Assembly (NCBI GenBank): GCA_945878555.1
Contig: CAMDWI010000014.1
Location: 19,387-83,386, forward strand
Source: Klebsiella pneumoniae
GTDB taxonomy: Bacteria > Pseudomonadota > Gammaproteobacteria > Eutrophobiales > Eutrophobiaceae
DNA: 64,000 bases
Direction: 5' to 3'
In this document: piece by piece, positions 10,618-19,565 of the stretch
Layout: each line of letters starts with the position of its first letter
Numbering within the stretch: the first letter of the stretch is position 1
The notes under the pieces: model-generated
What the model was told of the DNA's origin: nothing
Databases searched by the model: none
What the model saw: the letters and a program-made list of their open reading frames with translations, nothing else
Made by a program: the position numbers and the translations under genes

Positions 10618-11076
10618 ATGCAGTGGAAACCGAATGTAGTAGTCGCCGCGATTATCCGGCAAAATGACAAATACCTGCTGGTCGAGGAGCATGCGAATGA
10701 CGGCAGTATAGTACTCAACCAGCCTGCGGGACATCTGGAAAAGGACGAGAGCCTGCTGGATGCGGTCAAACGTGAGGTGCTGGAAGAAACTGCCTGGCAT
10801 TTCAATCCGGAGGGACTGACGGGTGTTTACCTGCGTCCCGATCCATCAAATGGCATCACCTACCTGCGCTTCTGTTTTTATGGCAGTGTAGTCAGTCATG
10901 CGAGTGAACGGAAACTCGACGACGGAATCATCCGTGCGTTGTGGCTCGATCGCGAACAGATGCTCGCCGAGGCCCACCGGATGCGCAGCCCACTGGTGAT
11001 CCGCTGTCTGCATGATTATCTGTCCGGGCAGTCCTACCCGCTGGAGATGCTCCATACCGTCCTGGACATCCGGTAA
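10618..11076 (+). CDS. NUDIX hydrolase (NudJ-like, directly upstream of mnmA)
   Basis: 152 aa. Nudix box GHLEKDESLLDAVKREVLEETAW (GX5EX7REUXEEXGU). Neighbour of mnmA, like E. coli nudJ. Confidence 0.85.
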   Translation: MQWKPNVVVAAIIRQNDKYLLVEEHANDGSIVLNQPAGHLEKDESLLDAVKREVLEETAWHFNPEGLTGVYLRPDPSNGITYLRFCFYGSVVSHASERKLDDGIIRALWLDREQMLAEAHRMRSPLVIRCLHDYLSGQSYPLEMLHTVLDIR

Positions 11077-11082
11077 CCGAAG

Positions 11083-12162
11083 ATGAAGGTCATTGTTGGT
11101 ATCTCCGGTGGTGTCGATTCCGCCGTATCCGCGTTGTTATTAAAACAACAGGGATATGAGGTCGAGGCCTTGTTCATGAAAAACTGGAACGAACCCGCCG
11201 GTGACGGCCAGTGTTCATGGGAGGCCGAGGTTGAGGATGCCTTGCAGGTCTGTGAAAAACTCGCTATTCCCCTCAATACTATCGACCTGTCCAATGCCTA
11301 CTGGGAGTCTGTATTCAGGTTGTTCCTGCAGGACTACAGCAATGGCCTGACCCCGAACCCGGATGTCTTGTGTAACCAGGAGATCAAGTTCACTGCCTTT
11401 ATGGAACAGGCCCTGAAACCAGGCGCAGACTGTATTGCCACCGGTCACTATGCACGGATCGCGCACAATGGTGACAACTTTGAATTGCAAAAGGGGCTCG
11501 ATGCGAACAAGGACCAGTCCTATTTTTTATGCCGGTTGACCCAACAACAGTTGTCACGCTCCCTGTTCCCGGTAGGTGAACTGGAAAAGTCCGAAGTTCG
11601 CAGACTGGCCGCCTCAGCCGGGTTGCCGGTACATGATAAAAAAGACAGCACCGGGATCTGCTTTATCGGCGAACGCCCGTTCCGCGAATTTCTCAGCCAG
11701 TATCTGCCTGTCCGCAAAGGCCTGATCCAGACAGTGGACGGCCAGACTGTCGGTGAACATGACGGCGCCTGTTTTTACACGATAGGCCAGCGTCAGGGGC
11801 TCGGCATTGGCGGCGTACGCGGTCTGGACGTCGCCCCCTGGTATGTCGCTGACAAGGATATCGATCAGAATATACTCTACGTCGTACAGGGGGCTGACCA
11901 TCCCTTGCTGTACCGCCGCGAATTAACGGCAAAAAACCTGCACTGGATCGCCGGCAACGCCCCGGATGCACCCTGGCAGTGCACCGCCAAAACACGCTAT
12001 CGCCAGCCCGACCAGGCCTGTGTAATCGAGGCCATAGACGCAGACGCGCTAACCGTGCGCTTTGCAGAGCCCCAACGTGCCATCACACCCGGTCAGTACG
12101 TCGTCTTTTACCAGGACCAGACCTGTCTGGGTGGTGGGGTCATACATTCGTCGCGTAATTAA
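11083..12162 (+). CDS. mnmA: tRNA-specific 2-thiouridylase MnmA
   Basis: 359 aa. PP-loop VIVGISGGVDSAVSA, then NPDVLCNQEIKF and DSTGICFIGE (catalytic Cys regions). Confidence 0.95.
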   Translation: MKVIVGISGGVDSAVSALLLKQQGYEVEALFMKNWNEPAGDGQCSWEAEVEDALQVCEKLAIPLNTIDLSNAYWESVFRLFLQDYSNGLTPNPDVLCNQEIKFTAFMEQALKPGADCIATGHYARIAHNGDNFELQKGLDANKDQSYFLCRLTQQQLSRSLFPVGELEKSEVRRLAASAGLPVHDKKDSTGICFIGERPFREFLSQYLPVRKGLIQTVDGQTVGEHDGACFYTIGQRQGLGIGGVRGLDVAPWYVADKDIDQNILYVVQGADHPLLYRRELTAKNLHWIAGNAPDAPWQCTAKTRYRQPDQACVIEAIDADALTVRFAEPQRAITPGQYVVFYQDQTCLGGGVIHSSRN

Positions 12163-12226
12163 ACCAACCCGACGCAAATAAACAAGTAACCTGGCCGGAA
12201 TGTATACGCGGCCTCAATAGATAACT

Positions 12227-12344
12227 CCGCAGCGGTAGAACCGTTTGCCCGTGTAAGACCGTGTGCCGCATGGATGCGGCACCCGAGCCTACATGGATGT
12301 ATTCACGGCGTGTCTGTAACGGGCAAACGGTTCTGCCGCTGCGG
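12227..12344 (+). repeat. Intergenic hairpin element, copy A: 26-bp copy-specific inverted repeat enclosing a conserved core
   Basis: Arms 12227-12252 and 12319-12344 pair at 26/26 positions, including one T:G. The core contains GTGCCGCA-TGGA-TGCGGCAC and TACA-TGGA-TGTA. The same core recurs at 19589-19658 and 55396-55467. Confidence 0.9.
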
Positions 12345-12532
12345 CACCTTATTAGTTGTTTCTAGAGATAACCCAGAAGACCGGAGCAGCTCGCTTGCGG
12401 AACCATTCTACCGATGACCGGTTATCCGGGTATCCGGACTTGCGCTTTCAGGATTTTTCACTGTCACGGACTCATGAAATATCGCATAATAGCCACCTTT
12501 ATGAACCACCCTATTTATCACCGGAGTCGTCG

Positions 12533-15193
12533 ATGAAAAACAGCTTTAACGCCAGGTCCTCACTGAATGTCAATGGCAGGAAATACACCTACTTTTCCCT
12601 GCCCGCAATCTATAACCAGGGCGATGTGGCTACCCTGCCATTTTCCCTGAAGATCCTGCTGGAAAACCTGTTGCGCCATGAAGACGGTCTCAATATTACC
12701 GGAGAGAACATCAAGTCACTGGCAAACTGGATCCCGACGAGTGAACCCGATACGGAAATTGCCTTTACCCCGGCGCGTGTACTGATGCAGGACTTTACCG
12801 GTGTACCCGCTGTAGTCGACCTTGCCGCGATGCGCGATGCAATGAGTCAACTGGGTGGCAATCCGGACAAGATCAATCCGCTCTCCCCGGCCGAACTGGT
12901 CATAGACCACTCTGTCCAGGTCGACCACTACGGTACCGCTGACGCAATGGAAAAAAATGCCGCGATTGAATTTGATCGTAATGAGGAACGTTACCAGTTT
13001 CTGCGCTGGGGCCAGAAGGCATTCTCAAACTTTCAGGTCGTCCCGCCAGACACCGGTATCGTGCACCAGGTCAATCTGGAATTTCTCGCACGTACAATCT
13101 TCTCGGCCGAGAAGGACGGTGAAACCGTGGCCTATCCGGACACGCTGGTCGGTACCGATTCGCATACTACGATGATCAACGGCCTCGGTGTACTCGGCTG
13201 GGGCGTCGGTGGTATTGAGGCCGAGGCGGCGATGCTGGGCCAGCCTATCACCATGCTGATACCGCAGGTTATTGGTTTCAAACTGACAGGTAAACTGGTC
13301 GAAGGTGCGACAGCAACCGATCTGGTACTGACAGTCGTCGAGATGCTGAGGAAGAAGGGTGTTGTTGAGAAGTTTGTCGAGTTCTTTGGTCCGGGTCTGG
13401 ATAACCTGCCACTGGCTGATCGCGCTACCATCGCCAATATGGCGCCGGAATACGGTGCTACCTGCGGTATCTTCCCGATAGACAGCGAAACAATCAATTA
13501 CCTGCGACTGTCTGGTCGCCCCGACGATCAACTTGCACTGGTCGAGGCCTATGCGAAGGCACAGGGCATGTGGCGTGATGCCAGCAGCCCGGTTGCGCGT
13601 TATACCGATGTGCTGGAGCTGGATATGGCCACCGTGGTACCCAGTATCGCCGGCCCGAAACGTCCGCAAGACCGTATTGTGTTGGCCAATGCGAAACAGG
13701 CCATTAGCAAATACCTCCAGGACACCCGCCCGGGTAATGAGGCCTCCGCGCCGGTTACACTGGACAACGGTGCGAAATTTGACCTGCGTGACGGTGATAT
13801 AGTCATCGCCGCGATTACCTCCTGCACCAACACCTCCAACCCGAATGTGATGATGGGCGCGGCACTGCTGGCGAAAAAGGCCTGTGAAAAGGGCCTGAAG
13901 GTCAAACCGTGGGTGAAGACCAGTCTGGCACCCGGATCACTGGTTGTGCGCGATTACATGGACAAGGCCGGTCTGACGCCGTATATGAACCAGCTGGGAT
14001 TCAACATCGTCGGTTATGGCTGTACCACCTGTATCGGTAATTCCGGTCCCTTGCTCGAACCGGTCAGCAATGCCATCAAACAATCTGATTTGATCGTCAG
14101 TTCGGTTTTGTCGGGCAACCGTAACTTTGAAGGTCGTGTGCATGCTGAAGTGAAGATGAATTTCCTGGCCTCCCCGCCGCTGGTCGTCGCTTATGCGATT
14201 GCCGGAACGATGAAGATCGACCTCACCCGTGACCCGATAGGCCAGGATGCCAGTGGCAAGGATGTATTCATGAAAGACATCTGGCCGAGCCAGAAAGAGA
14301 TTGCGGATACGATTGCCGCCGCGATAGATTCGAAGATGTTCCAGGCCAGCTACAGGAATGTCTTTGACGGCGATGCACGCTGGGCCGGACTGAAGGTCCC
14401 TGAATCCAACCGTTATGTGTGGAACAACAAATCGACCTATATCCAGAACCCGCCCTACTTTACCAACATGGGCAAGGTGGCCAAACCCGTCGTGGCGATC
14501 GCAAACGCACGTATCCTGGCGATGCTCGGTGACAGCATTACGACCGACCACATCTCTCCGGCCGGCAACATCAAGAAAGACAGTCCGGCAGGCAAATACC
14601 TGATGGAAAATGGTGTAGCTCCGGCTGACTTCAATTCCTACGGGTCACGACGCGGTAACCATGAAGTGATGATGCGTGGCACATTTGCAAATATCCGTAT
14701 CCGCAACCAGCTGGCACCGGGTACCGAAGGCGGTGTGACCTCGTATCTGCCTACCGGTGAGACGATGTCGATTTATGATGCCTCGATGAAATATCAGGCC
14801 TCTGGTACACCGCTGATCATCATTGCCGGCAAGGAATACGGTACTGGTTCATCACGCGACTGGGCCGCAAAGGGCACCACCCTGCTCGGCGTACGTGCAG
14901 TCATTGCGGAGAGTTTTGAACGTATCCATCGTTCCAACCTCGTAGGTATGGGTGTATTACCGCTGACCTTTCAGTCTGGACAAAATGCAAAATCACTCGG
15001 GTTGACTGGTCAGGAGGTCTATTCAATTGAAGGCTTCAGGACCGGCGTGAAGGAGGTCACCGTAGTCGCCACACCGGCGTCCGGTGCCGCAATACGCTTC
15101 AACGTAACCGTACGTGTTGATACACCGAAGGAATGGGAGTACTACAATAACGGTGGCATCCTGCAGTATGTATTGAGGCAGTTGGCAGCCTGA
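12533..15193 (+). CDS. acnA: Aconitate hydratase A
   Basis: Strong AcnA/IRP-family similarity throughout ([59 protein letters not shown]). The track ORF starts at 12356, but homology begins at [13 protein letters not shown] (ATG 12533), which has GGAG 6 nt upstream. This gives 886 aa. Confidence 0.93.
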   Translation: MKNSFNARSSLNVNGRKYTYFSLPAIYNQGDVATLPFSLKILLENLLRHEDGLNITGENIKSLANWIPTSEPDTEIAFTPARVLMQDFTGVPAVVDLAAMRDAMSQLGGNPDKINPLSPAELVIDHSVQVDHYGTADAMEKNAAIEFDRNEERYQFLRWGQKAFSNFQVVPPDTGIVHQVNLEFLARTIFSAEKDGETVAYPDTLVGTDSHTTMINGLGVLGWGVGGIEAEAAMLGQPITMLIPQVIGFKLTGKLVEGATATDLVLTVVEMLRKKGVVEKFVEFFGPGLDNLPLADRATIANMAPEYGATCGIFPIDSETINYLRLSGRPDDQLALVEAYAKAQGMWRDASSPVARYTDVLELDMATVVPSIAGPKRPQDRIVLANAKQAISKYLQDTRPGNEASAPVTLDNGAKFDLRDGDIVIAAITSCTNTSNPNVMMGAALLAKKACEKGLKVKPWVKTSLAPGSLVVRDYMDKAGLTPYMNQLGFNIVGYGCTTCIGNSGPLLEPVSNAIKQSDLIVSSVLSGNRNFEGRVHAEVKMNFLASPPLVVAYAIAGTMKIDLTRDPIGQDASGKDVFMKDIWPSQKEIADTIAAAIDSKMFQASYRNVFDGDARWAGLKVPESNRYVWNNKSTYIQNPPYFTNMGKVAKPVVAIANARILAMLGDSITTDHISPAGNIKKDSPAGKYLMENGVAPADFNSYGSRRGNHEVMMRGTFANIRIRNQLAPGTEGGVTSYLPTGETMSIYDASMKYQASGTPLIIIAGKEYGTGSSRDWAAKGTTLLGVRAVIAESFERIHRSNLVGMGVLPLTFQSGQNAKSLGLTGQEVYSIEGFRTGVKEVTVVATPASGAAIRFNVTVRVDTPKEWEYYNNGGILQYVLRQLAA

Positions 15194-15201
15194 CACTGAT
15201 T

Positions 15202-15225
15202 GGGGACAGGCTTAAGCCTGTCCCC
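15202..15225. terminator. Hairpin between convergent acnA and the 158-aa gene; candidate bidirectional terminator
   Basis: GGGGACAGGC-TTAA-GCCTGTCCCC is a perfect 10-bp GC-rich stem. It lies in the 34-nt gap between two convergent stop codons. Flanking T/A runs are weak. Confidence 0.5.
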
Positions 15226-15227
15226 CG

Positions 15228-15704
15228 TTAGTGTTTCGTAGTTGAAGCGCCGGCTTCCGGCAGTCTCCATTCCGTGTGCGCGCATGCCTGGGTCAACAGA
15301 TTATAAAACAGGAACAATAATGATTTGTTCAGGCTCATGTTTATACCCTTGCCTTGCTCAGGCAACAGTTCCAGTGCCAGTGAGGCATCCGGATTCGATT
15401 TGTAATTGATTTTATACGCCAGTATGCCGGTCTGACCGAGTGGCATATCCACGACCTTGTCAGCCTCGTAGGGTTTTTCCATCGCCCCCTGTTTGAACAG
15501 TGAGCGGGTCTGATCGGTAGAGGCCAGCACGGGTATGCCGCCATGTTTGTCAATTTCCTTCGTCAATAAACCGGTCAGAATGGCGGTGAACCGACGTGTC
15601 AGCCATACCCGGTATTCCACGCCCTGCTTTGTGTTGATCCGCATCATGAGCCGATCTTCAACCGGCACATAGCTGATATTTATCTGGTGTAGTTGATCGG
15701 ACAT
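15228..15704 (-). CDS. Hypothetical protein (158 aa), 9 nt downstream of the CheY-like receiver gene
   Basis: Clean ORF that packs tightly into the fumC-receiver string. I recognise no family. Two segments look like an internal duplication (see findings). Confidence 0.6.
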   Translation of the reverse strand: MSDQLHQINISYVPVEDRLMMRINTKQGVEYRVWLTRRFTAILTGLLTKEIDKHGGIPVLASTDQTRSLFKQGAMEKPYEADKVVDMPLGQTGILAYKINYKSNPDASLALELLPEQGKGINMSLNKSLLFLFYNLLTQACAHTEWRLPEAGASTTKH

Positions 15705-15713
15705 GCCATTCAG

Positions 15714-16085
15714 TCAGAGACCACCACCGGTCTGTAAAAAACGGTCTATCGTATGCTCAAGTTCGCGCATTTCCATTGTCTTGACAATATAGGCATCGCA
15801 ACCGGCATCAAAGGCTTTTTTCCGATCAGCCTCTGACTCCGAACCGGTCAGGATGATGATCGGGTTGGTAAATCCGGTACCGCGCAGTGCACGGGTCACG
15901 ATAAAACCGTCAATATCCGGCATACGCAGATCCAGCAGTATCAGGTCCGGTGTTGAATCCTTGCAGATATGCAGCGCGTCCTTGCCACTCGTTGCCACCT
16001 TCAGGTTATAACCGGATTTGGACAGTATCAACTTGACCAGTTCGATGATGTCCTCATTGTCATCAGTTAATAATACCGTCTTCAT
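15714..16085 (-). CDS. Single-domain response regulator (CheY-like receiver)
   Basis: 123 aa. Acidic pocket DDNED, phospho-acceptor in LILLDLRMPDIDG, conserved T (IIILTGS) and K (AYIVKT). No output domain. GAGGA SD 8 nt upstream. Confidence 0.9.
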   Translation of the reverse strand: MKTVLLTDDNEDIIELVKLILSKSGYNLKVATSGKDALHICKDSTPDLILLDLRMPDIDGFIVTRALRGTGFTNPIIILTGSESEADRKKAFDAGCDAYIVKTMEMRELEHTIDRFLQTGGGL

Positions 16086-16117
16086 AGCGCGTCCTCAGGT
16101 TTTGTTTAAAGCATAAA

Positions 16118-17506
16118 CTATTTGACTATGCCGCCCTTCACAAGTGCGGCCGGATTCAGCAGACGATCCAGATCTTCCTCCGACAGACCACCAAGCTCCC
16201 GGGCAACGTCACGGATGGGCAGATGGCGTGCATAGGCCTCTTTTGCAATACGGGCACCCAGCTCATAACCAATGACAGAATTTAAAGCGGTCACCAGGAT
16301 CGGATTTCTGGCCAGTGCGACGTCCAGCTGTGACTGGTTGACGGTAAAATCACGGATGGCCTTGTCTGCCAACAGGCGTGATGCATTGGCCAGGATTTCA
16401 ATACTCTGGCACAGATTATAGGCAATGACCGGCAACATCACATTTAACTGGAAATTACCGGACTGCCCGGCAACTGTGATAGTGGTGTCGTTTCCTATGA
16501 CCTGCGCACACACCATACACACCGCCTCCGGTATGACCGGATTGACCTTGCCGGGCATGATACTGCTACCAGGCTGTAACGCCGGGAGCACGATCTCACC
16601 CAGGCCGGCCAGCGGCCCGCTGTTCATCCAGCGCAGATCGTTACTGATCTTCATCAGACTGACAGCCAGTGTCTTTAACTGTCCGCTCATTTCAACGGCG
16701 GCATCCTGTGTACTCAGGCCTTCAAAGAAATCAGTCTTGGGGACAAAATAGATGCCAGTCAGCTCCGATAACTTCCTTGCAAATAAATCGGCCAGTTGCG
16801 GGTGCGCATTGATGCCGGTTCCAACGGCGGTGCCTCCCTGCGGTAACATGTCCAGTCGTTTGCAGGCGTCCTCCAGCCTGGCGATACCGTTACGTATCTG
16901 TGACTCCCAGCCACCAAGCTCCTGCCCCATGGTCAAAGGCATCGCATCCATCAGGTGGGTCCTGCCCGTCTTGATAATATCTTGCAACTGCTGCGACTTG
17001 TCTGTAAGTGTTTTTGCCAGATGTTCCAGCGTCGGTAATAGCTGCTCATGTAGCAGCAAGGATGCGCTGACATGGATCGCAGTCGGGATAACATCATTAC
17101 TGCTTTGCCCCAGATTGACATGATCATTCGGGTGTACGATTTTACCAAGCCTGCGCGTCGCAAGAGTGGCAATTACCTCATTGCAGTTCATATTTGAACT
17201 GGTTCCGGAACCGGTCTGGAAGATATCAACCGGAAACTGGTCGTCATACTTGCCATCAGCAACTTCGAGTGCACTGCTGATGAGGGCATTAGTCAAATCC
17301 GCTTCAAGCAGGCCGAGTTCACCGTTAGCACCGGCCAGCGCGGCCTTGATCAGGCCAAGCGCACGAATGACGCTACGCGGTAGTGTAATGCCACTGACCG
17401 GAAAATTTTCAACAGCGCGCCGGGTCTGTGCCGCATAAAGCGCATCAAAGGGGACGCGCACCTCACCCATGCTGTCCGTCTCTATCCTGTATCTGCTGCT
17501 TACCAT
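16118..17506 (-). CDS. fumC: Class II fumarate hydratase (fumarase/aspartase superfamily)
   Basis: Motifs TGSGTSSNMN, QSSNDVIPTA, GRTHLMDAMPLTMGQE, GGTAVGTGINAHP and the SS loop GSSIMPGKVNP. The track ORF is 5'-extended. I place the start at ATG 17506 (MVSSRYRIETDSMGEV), with GGAG about 10 nt upstream, giving 462 aa. The residues after the SS loop resemble aspartase, so the symbol is tentative. Confidence 0.75.
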   Translation of the reverse strand: MVSSRYRIETDSMGEVRVPFDALYAAQTRRAVENFPVSGITLPRSVIRALGLIKAALAGANGELGLLEADLTNALISSALEVADGKYDDQFPVDIFQTGSGTSSNMNCNEVIATLATRRLGKIVHPNDHVNLGQSSNDVIPTAIHVSASLLLHEQLLPTLEHLAKTLTDKSQQLQDIIKTGRTHLMDAMPLTMGQELGGWESQIRNGIARLEDACKRLDMLPQGGTAVGTGINAHPQLADLFARKLSELTGIYFVPKTDFFEGLSTQDAAVEMSGQLKTLAVSLMKISNDLRWMNSGPLAGLGEIVLPALQPGSSIMPGKVNPVIPEAVCMVCAQVIGNDTTITVAGQSGNFQLNVMLPVIAYNLCQSIEILANASRLLADKAIRDFTVNQSQLDVALARNPILVTALNSVIGYELGARIAKEAYARHLPIRDVARELGGLSEEDLDRLLNPAALVKGGIVK

Positions 17507-17581
17507 CTGACGTACTCCGGTTATCGCAACCTGTACTGTTCGGGTGTATGAAGTAACCTGACTTATGATAATTGATTTAAA

Positions 17582-17627
17582 CCGGTTTTCCATCCGCATA
17601 CGTGAGGGAAACCGGCAAGTTAGCCGG
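17582..17627 (-). terminator. Stem-loops just downstream of thiL; candidate terminator of the rib-nusB-thiL string
   Basis: On the minus strand there are two hairpins. CCGGC-TAACTT-GCCGG is followed by TTTCCC. CCGGTTTCC-(15 nt)-GGAAAACCGG is followed by TTTAAATCAATT. They begin 10 nt after the thiL stop. Confidence 0.35.
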
Positions 17628-17636
17628 GCAGCGTCG

Positions 17637-18602
17637 TTAATCTCCGAAATGCTGATAGCCAGTTTCTGCCAGACTGATTTCCCTGCCGTCAGCTTCGATC
17701 CAGTGTATACCCGGAACCTCTTTAATTACACCTATACAGCTGAACTGACAGCCTGTCTGTTCTATATCCGGCATAGTCTTGTGATATTGCACCGGTAGTG
17801 TAAAACAGAGTTCATAGTCATCACCACGGCACAAGGCATAGTTGTACATTTGCTGCCGGGAAAGATGATGGAAACACGGGTCTATCGGCAGTGATGCCAG
17901 ACGGATCTCCGCGCCCTTGCCGCTCGCCTGCAACAGGTGGCCAAGATCTGCGGCCAATCCATCCGAGATATCGATACAGGCACTGGCCAGATTGCGTAGC
18001 GCAAGGCCTGCCTGGACACGCGGCTGCGGACGAGATAATCGCTCACTACAGGCGGCGGGCGCGGGTTCCTGCCAGCTGATTTCTCCCGTGGTGATAGCCA
18101 GTGCCAGTGCGGCCATACCCAGCTGACCTGTGACGTAAATGAGGTCACCCGTCTTTGCACCGGAACGCAACAATGCCTTCCCTGTCGGTACGGTTCCCAT
18201 GATAGTAATCGTTATCGACAGCGGACCATGTGCCATATTGCCACCCGTCAGGGCAACACCGGTTTGATTTGCAAGTTCGAACATACCCTCTGCAAATTTA
18301 TGCAGCCAGGCAATATCATTATCCGGCAGTGTGAGTGACAGGGTCATCCATGCAGGCATAGCGCCCATTGCTGCCATATCACTCAGATTGACGGCGAGTG
18401 ACCGGTATCCGATATCGTACGGGTCAGCGTCAGCAAAAAAATGGACGCCACTGACCAGTGTATCGGTTGATACGACAAGCTGATGATCGGGGGGGACCTG
18501 CAGGATTGCAGCATCATCTCCGATACCGCAAATCACACCCGGGCCGGAAGTGGCCCTTGCCCTGAATACCTGTTCTATGATGTCAAATTCGGAAGCAGGC
18601 AT
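17637..18602 (-). CDS. thiL: Thiamine-monophosphate kinase
   Basis: 321 aa. N-terminus SEFDIIEQVF...GIGDDAAIL, AIR-synthase-like fold motifs, and the conserved position after nusB. Confidence 0.9.
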   Translation of the reverse strand: MPASEFDIIEQVFRARATSGPGVICGIGDDAAILQVPPDHQLVVSTDTLVSGVHFFADADPYDIGYRSLAVNLSDMAAMGAMPAWMTLSLTLPDNDIAWLHKFAEGMFELANQTGVALTGGNMAHGPLSITITIMGTVPTGKALLRSGAKTGDLIYVTGQLGMAALALAITTGEISWQEPAPAACSERLSRPQPRVQAGLALRNLASACIDISDGLAADLGHLLQASGKGAEIRLASLPIDPCFHHLSRQQMYNYALCRGDDYELCFTLPVQYHKTMPDIEQTGCQFSCIGVIKEVPGIHWIEADGREISLAETGYQHFGD

Positions 18603-18614
18603 TTTCGGAGACCG

Positions 18615-19058
18615 TCAGCGTAGTTTCAGCTCGGCAGTACGGTACTTATGTGCAATGCGATCCAGTATGCTGTTGATATACTTGTGCGACTGTTCCGCAC
18701 CAAACATTTTTGCCAGATCGATGGCCTCGTTGATAACAACACGGCAGGGTATCTCCGGCAAGTACATCAGCTCGTAGGCACCAAGGTGCAACACGGCATT
18801 TTCGACCGGGTCCAGCTCCTCATCCGGGCGGTCCAGCAGGTCTTTCAGCTGTTCATCAATATCGTCCCGCTTCTCAAACATGCCATGCATGGCCTGGTCA
18901 AAATACTCGATGTCGGCCTTTTTTAATTCGACGCGCTCAGCCTTGAACTCATTGATGATCTCGGCGACCGGTCGACGCGTCATTAGCCACTGATAATACG
19001 CCTGTATGACGGACCGTCTGGAGCGGATACGCGCATGTTTTGAATAACCCTGGTTCAT
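18615..19058 (-). CDS. nusB: Transcription antitermination factor NusB
   Basis: 147 aa. RSRRSVIQAYYQW... and the C-terminal INEAIDLAKMFG....KYINSILD are typical NusB. ribH-nusB-thiL synteny. Confidence 0.92.
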   Translation of the reverse strand: MNQGYSKHARIRSRRSVIQAYYQWLMTRRPVAEIINEFKAERVELKKADIEYFDQAMHGMFEKRDDIDEQLKDLLDRPDEELDPVENAVLHLGAYELMYLPEIPCRVVINEAIDLAKMFGAEQSHKYINSILDRIAHKYRTAELKLR

Positions 19059-19065
19059 TACCGGT

Positions 19066-19542
19066 TTATGCCCTGATTTTTCGCATCACTGAAATCATTT
19101 CCACTGCAGCCTGTGCCGCCTCGGAACCCTTGTTACTCTCTTCATCTCCTGCCCTGTCCTCTGCCTGCGCTACATTGTCTACCGTCAACACGCCAAAGAT
19201 CACCGGCACACCATAATCGAGCGCAACCCGGGCCACACCATCCGAGCAGGTTTGCGCGATGATATCAAAATGCGGTGTCTCACCGCGTATAATCGCACCG
19301 AGGGTAATAATCGCATCCGGATTTACAGTCACCGCTATTTCCCTGGCCGTCACCGGTATCTCAACAGCACCCGGCACCTTCACAACAGTTATTGCGTTGT
19401 TGCCGATACCGGCCGCATTCAATGTCTTGAGACACCCCTGTAATAATCTGTCGACGATGTAACTGTTATATTTGCTCATGACAACAGCGACCTGACAAGG
19501 TGCCGGCCGTCCCTCTGCTTCGACTATTTTAAATGTATCCAA
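19066..19542 (-). CDS. ribH: 6,7-dimethyl-8-ribityllumazine synthase
   Basis: Homology starts around FKIVEAEGRPAPCQVAVVMSKYNSYIVDRLLQG...VKVPGAVEIP...GAIIRGETPHFD. The track ORF (to 19620) reads 26 codons into repeat copy B. I place the start at TTG 19542, giving 158 aa. There is no in-frame ATG upstream of the conserved region. Confidence 0.85.
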   Translation of the reverse strand: MDTFKIVEAEGRPAPCQVAVVMSKYNSYIVDRLLQGCLKTLNAAGIGNNAITVVKVPGAVEIPVTAREIAVTVNPDAIITLGAIIRGETPHFDIIAQTCSDGVARVALDYGVPVIFGVLTVDNVAQAEDRAGDEESNKGSEAAQAAVEMISVMRKIRA

Positions 19543-19565
19543 AATCTCGTCTCGCTTACGGTGCC

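Noticed and set aside
12356-12532. 59-codon N-terminal extension of the acnA ORF ([14 protein letters not shown]...) beginning just after repeat copy A
   Set aside because: It shows no similarity to aconitase N-termini. Homology starts at [10 protein letters not shown] (ATG 12533), which has its own GGAG. The extension is simply open frame in the intergenic region.
17507-17599. 5'-extended ORF calls for fumC here, and likewise for pyrF (31434-31514), lapA (32896-32961), cmk (35842-35892), aroA (37160-37285) and pat (58808-58855)
   Set aside because: In each case family homology begins at an internal Met that carries a Shine-Dalgarno. The upstream codons either run into the preceding gene or lack any conserved residues.
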